A stretch of 64,000 bases of DNA from the NCBI GenBank assembly GCA_030704615.1, contig CM060731.1, positions 76,260,001 through 76,324,000 of the forward strand. Reading direction: 5' to 3'. Each line of letters opens with the position of its first letter. Position 1 is the first letter of the stretch. Below are positions 63,560 to 64,000 of the stretch, piece after piece. The notes beneath the pieces were generated by a model. That model was not told the origin of the DNA, did no database searches, and worked only from the letters and a program-made list of their open reading frames with translations. The DNA is from Takakia lepidozioides (taxonomy: Eukaryota; Plantae; Bryophyta). Made by a program: the position numbers and the translations under genes.

Positions 63560-63777
63560 TAAAGATTTTAAGTGGTGAGAGCTTCGACTCTCATCTTTTG
63601 CATGTTCTCAGCTTGATCAGGATTTTCAGGGTCGAATGCTCTGGTAGGAGTGAGATGGTCAACGATGTCCATAAGTCCTCTCCAAGGAGGTTTTTTCTTG
63701 AGTACGAATTTTCAGGTTGTGTAGTTCAAGGGACCAATCAACTCATTGACCTCGGAGACTGGATCTTGACTTGTCAT
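63560..63777 (-). mobile_element. Ty1/copia gag N-terminal remnant
   Basis: The minus strand gives L.GPLNYTT*KFVLKK.LLGEDLW.IVD...MRVEALTT.NL with frameshifts, matching the copia gag N-terminal pattern NY..W...MK..L....LW..V. Confidence 0.55.
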
Positions 63778-64000
63778 GTGAAAGTGAAGAGAGGAAAAGG
63801 GTCAGTAAGTGAGTAAAGAAGAATGAGCAATTACAATTCGTGTATAGTGAAGTACATCAGATCTAGAAGCTATTTAAAACACCTCCTATCCGATTGTGAC
63901 ATCGGTGACAGATGATACACAAGAGATAAAGTCTGGATCTTCCTGCAGTCTCTTCGCAACTTTGTGAGGTAGTTTGAAGATGATTTTTATTGTACCATCC

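Overview
Eukaryotic nuclear DNA with GT-AG introns, most likely from a non-seed land plant (bryophyte/hornwort/lycophyte type). That assignment is inferred from PLS-class PPR, serpin, type-2 TrpB and Tcn1-like chromovirus content. About 60% of the window is transposon-derived. (1) 364-~16450 is a large decayed CACTA (En/Spm) element or complex. A tnpD-like gene (+) and a multi-exon tnpA-like gene (-) are arranged head-to-head, and the tnpA-like gene carries an FCP1/NIF-type HAD phosphatase domain. An unknown duplicated cargo module and a Sola2-like DDE transposase pseudogene follow. (2) 19-34 kb holds host genes: a PPR remnant, a B-box gene, an intronless adrenodoxin-type ferredoxin, an LR-serpin and type-2 tryptophan synthase beta copy 1 (frameshifted). 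(3) 35-51 kb holds a piggyBac-like non-autonomous element and a four-level nest. A dUTPase-bearing Ty3/gypsy is interrupted by a PIF/Harbinger element, which contains a self-priming chromovirus and a non-autonomous CACTA that itself holds a solo LTR. (4) 51-64 kb holds a second, more decayed TrpB2 copy, a nocturnin/CCR4-like gene, a UPL1-like fragment and a copia gag remnant. No rRNA, tRNA or CRISPR was seen. All domain calls are by-eye motif recognition, not database searches.
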